NCBI GenBank assembly: GCA_045805605.1
Contig: JBJMKX010000074.1
Span: 33,642 to 97,641 of the forward strand
DNA: 64,000 nucleotides
From: Solirubrobacteraceae bacterium
GTDB lineage: Bacteria; Actinomycetota; Thermoleophilia; Solirubrobacterales; Solirubrobacteraceae
Direction: 5' to 3'
Shown: piece by piece, positions 62,064-64,000 of the stretch
Layout of the letters: every line of letters begins with the position of its first letter
Numbering within the stretch: the first letter of the stretch is position 1
Position numbers and translations under genes: made by a program
Notes under the pieces: generated by a model
What the model was told of the DNA's origin: nothing
Databases searched by the model: none
The model's input: the letters and a program-made list of their open reading frames with translations, nothing else

Positions 62064-63568
62064 GCACCGGGTCGCGCGAATCCGCCCAGGGCGCAGGCTG
62101 GGAGTGCCGGCCCGGACGCTACGTGGAGCGCGTGACCAAGCGCGACCGGCCGTTCAACTGGCTGACGGCCAGGCCGTTGTGGCAGTCGCGCAACGACCGC
62201 CTGGCCCGCTGGTTCGGCGATCCCACCGACGACCGGCGCCGCGCGTGGATGGAGGCGCTCGGGGTGACCGACGCGGACCTCGTCGTCGATCACTCGCAGG
62301 GCGAGCGCATCGCGTTCCTCGTCGCGGCCGACACGGGCGAGGGGGATGCCTCGCAGTTGGCCGTGGTCGATCCGCTGCTCAGCCAGGGCGAGGGCACCGC
62401 GTTCCTGCTCATCAGCGGCGACGTCATCTATCCGGCCGGCGGAGTAGACAGCTACCGGGAGCGGTTCTTCCGCCCCTATGACCGCTACGGGGGGCCGATC
62501 TACGCCATCCCCGGCAACCACGACTGGTACGACGATGGGGCCGGGTTCATGTTCTGGTTCTGCGGCGCCGAGGAGGCCCTCAAGCGGCCGCGGGCTCGCG
62601 CTCTCAGCCGGGCCTGGATCCGCGACCTGCTCTGGAGGCGGGCCCCGAGCGCCGACGAGGCGGCGATCGCAGGCATGCGGGCGATGCGAGAGTCGCCCGG
62701 CCGGCGAGCCCCGCAGCGGGCCCCGTACCTGGCCATCGACACCGGCCCGCTGCGGTTGGTGGGCATCGACACCGGAATCTCCGGAGGCATCGACCGGGAG
62801 CAGGGCGATTGGCTCAGGCGCGTGTCCAGCGAGTCCCCCCTTCCCAAGGTGCTCTTCACGGGGAAGCCGATCTACGTCGACGGCGACTACCACCCGGGGC
62901 CGATCGAGGGCGGCGGCTACGTCGACGACATCGTGCGCGACCCCGCCCACAACTACATCGCGGCGATCGGGGGCGACATCCACAACTACCAGCGCTACCC
63001 GGTGCGGCTCGAGGACGGCAGGACGCTGCTCTACCTGGTCAACGGGGGCGGGGGCGCGTTCATGCATGCGACGCACGACATCCCCAACCTGGACGAGACC
63101 GAGCTCGAAGGCGTGAAGGAGGCGGCGTTCCGCTGCTATCCGCTGCGCGGGGACTCGTTGTCGCGTTTCAGCCAGCTCTATGGGCGCAAGCTGTGGCTCC
63201 CGAGGCGGCTCGTCTTCGTCGCCCCCGACGTGGCGTCGGCCATCGTGGGCCGGCGGCTGGGCATCCAGCCGACGCGCCCGTCTGCCCGCGAAGTGAAGAT
63301 CACGCTACGCGCGCGCTTCGCGGCCCGCGTCCTGTACTGGCTTCCCGGGCGCGGCCGAGGGGCGCTGCACCTACCATTCTCGGAGTGGCTGGACTGGAAC
63401 CAGCCGCCGATGTTCAAGAGCTTCCTCCGCGTCGACGCCGGTCCCGACGAGGTCCACATCCGCTGCTTTGCCGCCACCGGCTGCGAGAGCCAACAGGACG
63501 CTCCGCCGATCGAGGACAGCCTTCACGCCCGCCGGCGGGTGGACGGCGCCTGGGAGTGGCTGATCTGA
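62060..63568 (+). CDS. metallophosphoesterase with ~150-aa C-terminal extension
   Basis: ATGA overlap with the paralog B stop. AADTGEGD, ISGDVIYPAG, IPGNHDWYD, GGDIHNYQRY, VNGGGGAF. Confidence 0.85.
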   Translation: MSTGSRESAQGAGWECRPGRYVERVTKRDRPFNWLTARPLWQSRNDRLARWFGDPTDDRRRAWMEALGVTDADLVVDHSQGERIAFLVAADTGEGDASQLAVVDPLLSQGEGTAFLLISGDVIYPAGGVDSYRERFFRPYDRYGGPIYAIPGNHDWYDDGAGFMFWFCGAEEALKRPRARALSRAWIRDLLWRRAPSADEAAIAGMRAMRESPGRRAPQRAPYLAIDTGPLRLVGIDTGISGGIDREQGDWLRRVSSESPLPKVLFTGKPIYVDGDYHPGPIEGGGYVDDIVRDPAHNYIAAIGGDIHNYQRYPVRLEDGRTLLYLVNGGGGAFMHATHDIPNLDETELEGVKEAAFRCYPLRGDSLSRFSQLYGRKLWLPRRLVFVAPDVASAIVGRRLGIQPTRPSAREVKITLRARFAARVLYWLPGRGRGALHLPFSEWLDWNQPPMFKSFLRVDAGPDEVHIRCFAATGCESQQDAPPIEDSLHARRRVDGAWEWLI

Positions 63569-63571
63569 CCG

Positions 63572-64000
63572 CTACGGTGCGAACCGGTCCGCGGAGATGC
63601 CGACGCGCTTGGTGAACGGGCTGTCGAAGACGCCGTCGGGGTCGAGCTCGCGGCGCACCTCCACCCATTCGTCGTAGCGCGGGTACATGGACCGGACGAG
63701 GTCGTGGCTGCCGGTCAGCGTGTTGACCTGGCCCCAGTGCGGGCGGCCGCCGAGCGCATACAGCGCCTCCTCGTAGGCCGCCAGCAGCTCGTAGCCGCCT
63801 TCGATGCGCGTGAGCTGGATGAGCTCGATCATCATCGTGTCGCAGCCGTGCATCATCGACATGTAGGCCGGCGATCCCTTGACGAAGCGGAAGGAGAGCG
63901 GCGAGCTCTGATACGCCTCGCCGAGCCCGCGCCGCTCCGCGGCCACCTCGATGATCCGATCGACGGCCTCGAGGTGGCGCCCGTCCATCGGCACGCCGAT
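63572..64000 (-). CDS. FAD-linked D-arabinono-1,4-lactone / L-gulonolactone oxidase family protein (C-terminal part; the 5-prime end is beyond the right edge)
   Basis: ALO-domain C-terminus GGRPHWGQV...MYPRYDEWVEVRRELDPDGVFDSPF. The frame stays open to position 64000. Confidence 0.8.
   Translation of the reverse strand: MGVPMDGRHLEAVDRIIEVAAERRGLGEAYQSSPLSFRFVKGSPAYMSMMHGCDTMMIELIQLTRIEGGYELLAAYEEALYALGGRPHWGQVNTLTGSHDLVRSMYPRYDEWVEVRRELDPDGVFDSPFTKRVGISADRFAP

Noticed and set aside
1-64000. Search for tRNA, rRNA, riboswitch-sized leaders or prophage/integrase signatures
   Set aside because: No intergenic gap exceeds about 290 nt. None shows a tRNA cloverleaf or rRNA-like sequence by eye, and no integrase or recombinase genes were seen.

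Overview
Very GC-rich chromosomal segment with strong G/C preference at codon position 3. Gene content (DivIVA, SARP regulator, opcA, FprA-type reductase, a tal-pgi fusion) points to Actinomycetota, possibly a Thermoleophilia-like lineage; the taxon is inference only. About 60 protein genes are packed almost end to end. Many are joined by 1-4 nt stop/start overlaps (ATGA, GTGA, TTGA, TGATG), and several divergent gene pairs have almost no intergenic DNA. Most long ORFs in the supplied track are R/A/P/G-rich shadow frames and were discarded. Many real genes had to be trimmed to internal starts, which I placed by counting codons inside the track ORFs. I found no rRNA, tRNA, CRISPR array, transposase or integrase. 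From left to right the window holds: (1) a P450 plus a CocE/NonD hydrolase; (2) an envelope operon of a PEBP lipoprotein, an FtsX-type ABC transporter, a metallophosphoesterase lipoprotein and a presenilin-like GxGD membrane protein; (3) an MsbA-like exporter; (4) glycosidase-like secreted proteins; (5) a MarR plus BNR-propeller pair; (6) DivIVA; (7) a large SARP-ATPase-TPR regulator next to an unusual amidoligase cluster (circularly permuted ATP-grasp, YbdK/GCS2 ligase, gamma-glutamyl hydrolase); (8) gnd and an SRAP peptidase; (9) a DnaC-like ATPase beside an OmpR/GAF-kinase two-component pair; (10) a transporter plus a coiled-coil/2xSCP2 protein; (11) msrB and two TetR/MFS efflux-type units; (12) fprA; (13) a pentose-phosphate operon (tkt, tal-pgi, zwf, opcA, a small CxxC protein, ohr, then a decayed hydrolase), divergent from treT; (14) a DrrAB-like ABC-2 exporter with MarR. 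At the right end sits the best candidate for an undescribed system: a promoter-preceded, translationally coupled three-gene operon of two paralogous ~575-aa proteins of no family I can name, plus a metallophosphoesterase. Every family assignment rests on motifs read by eye. No database search was run.
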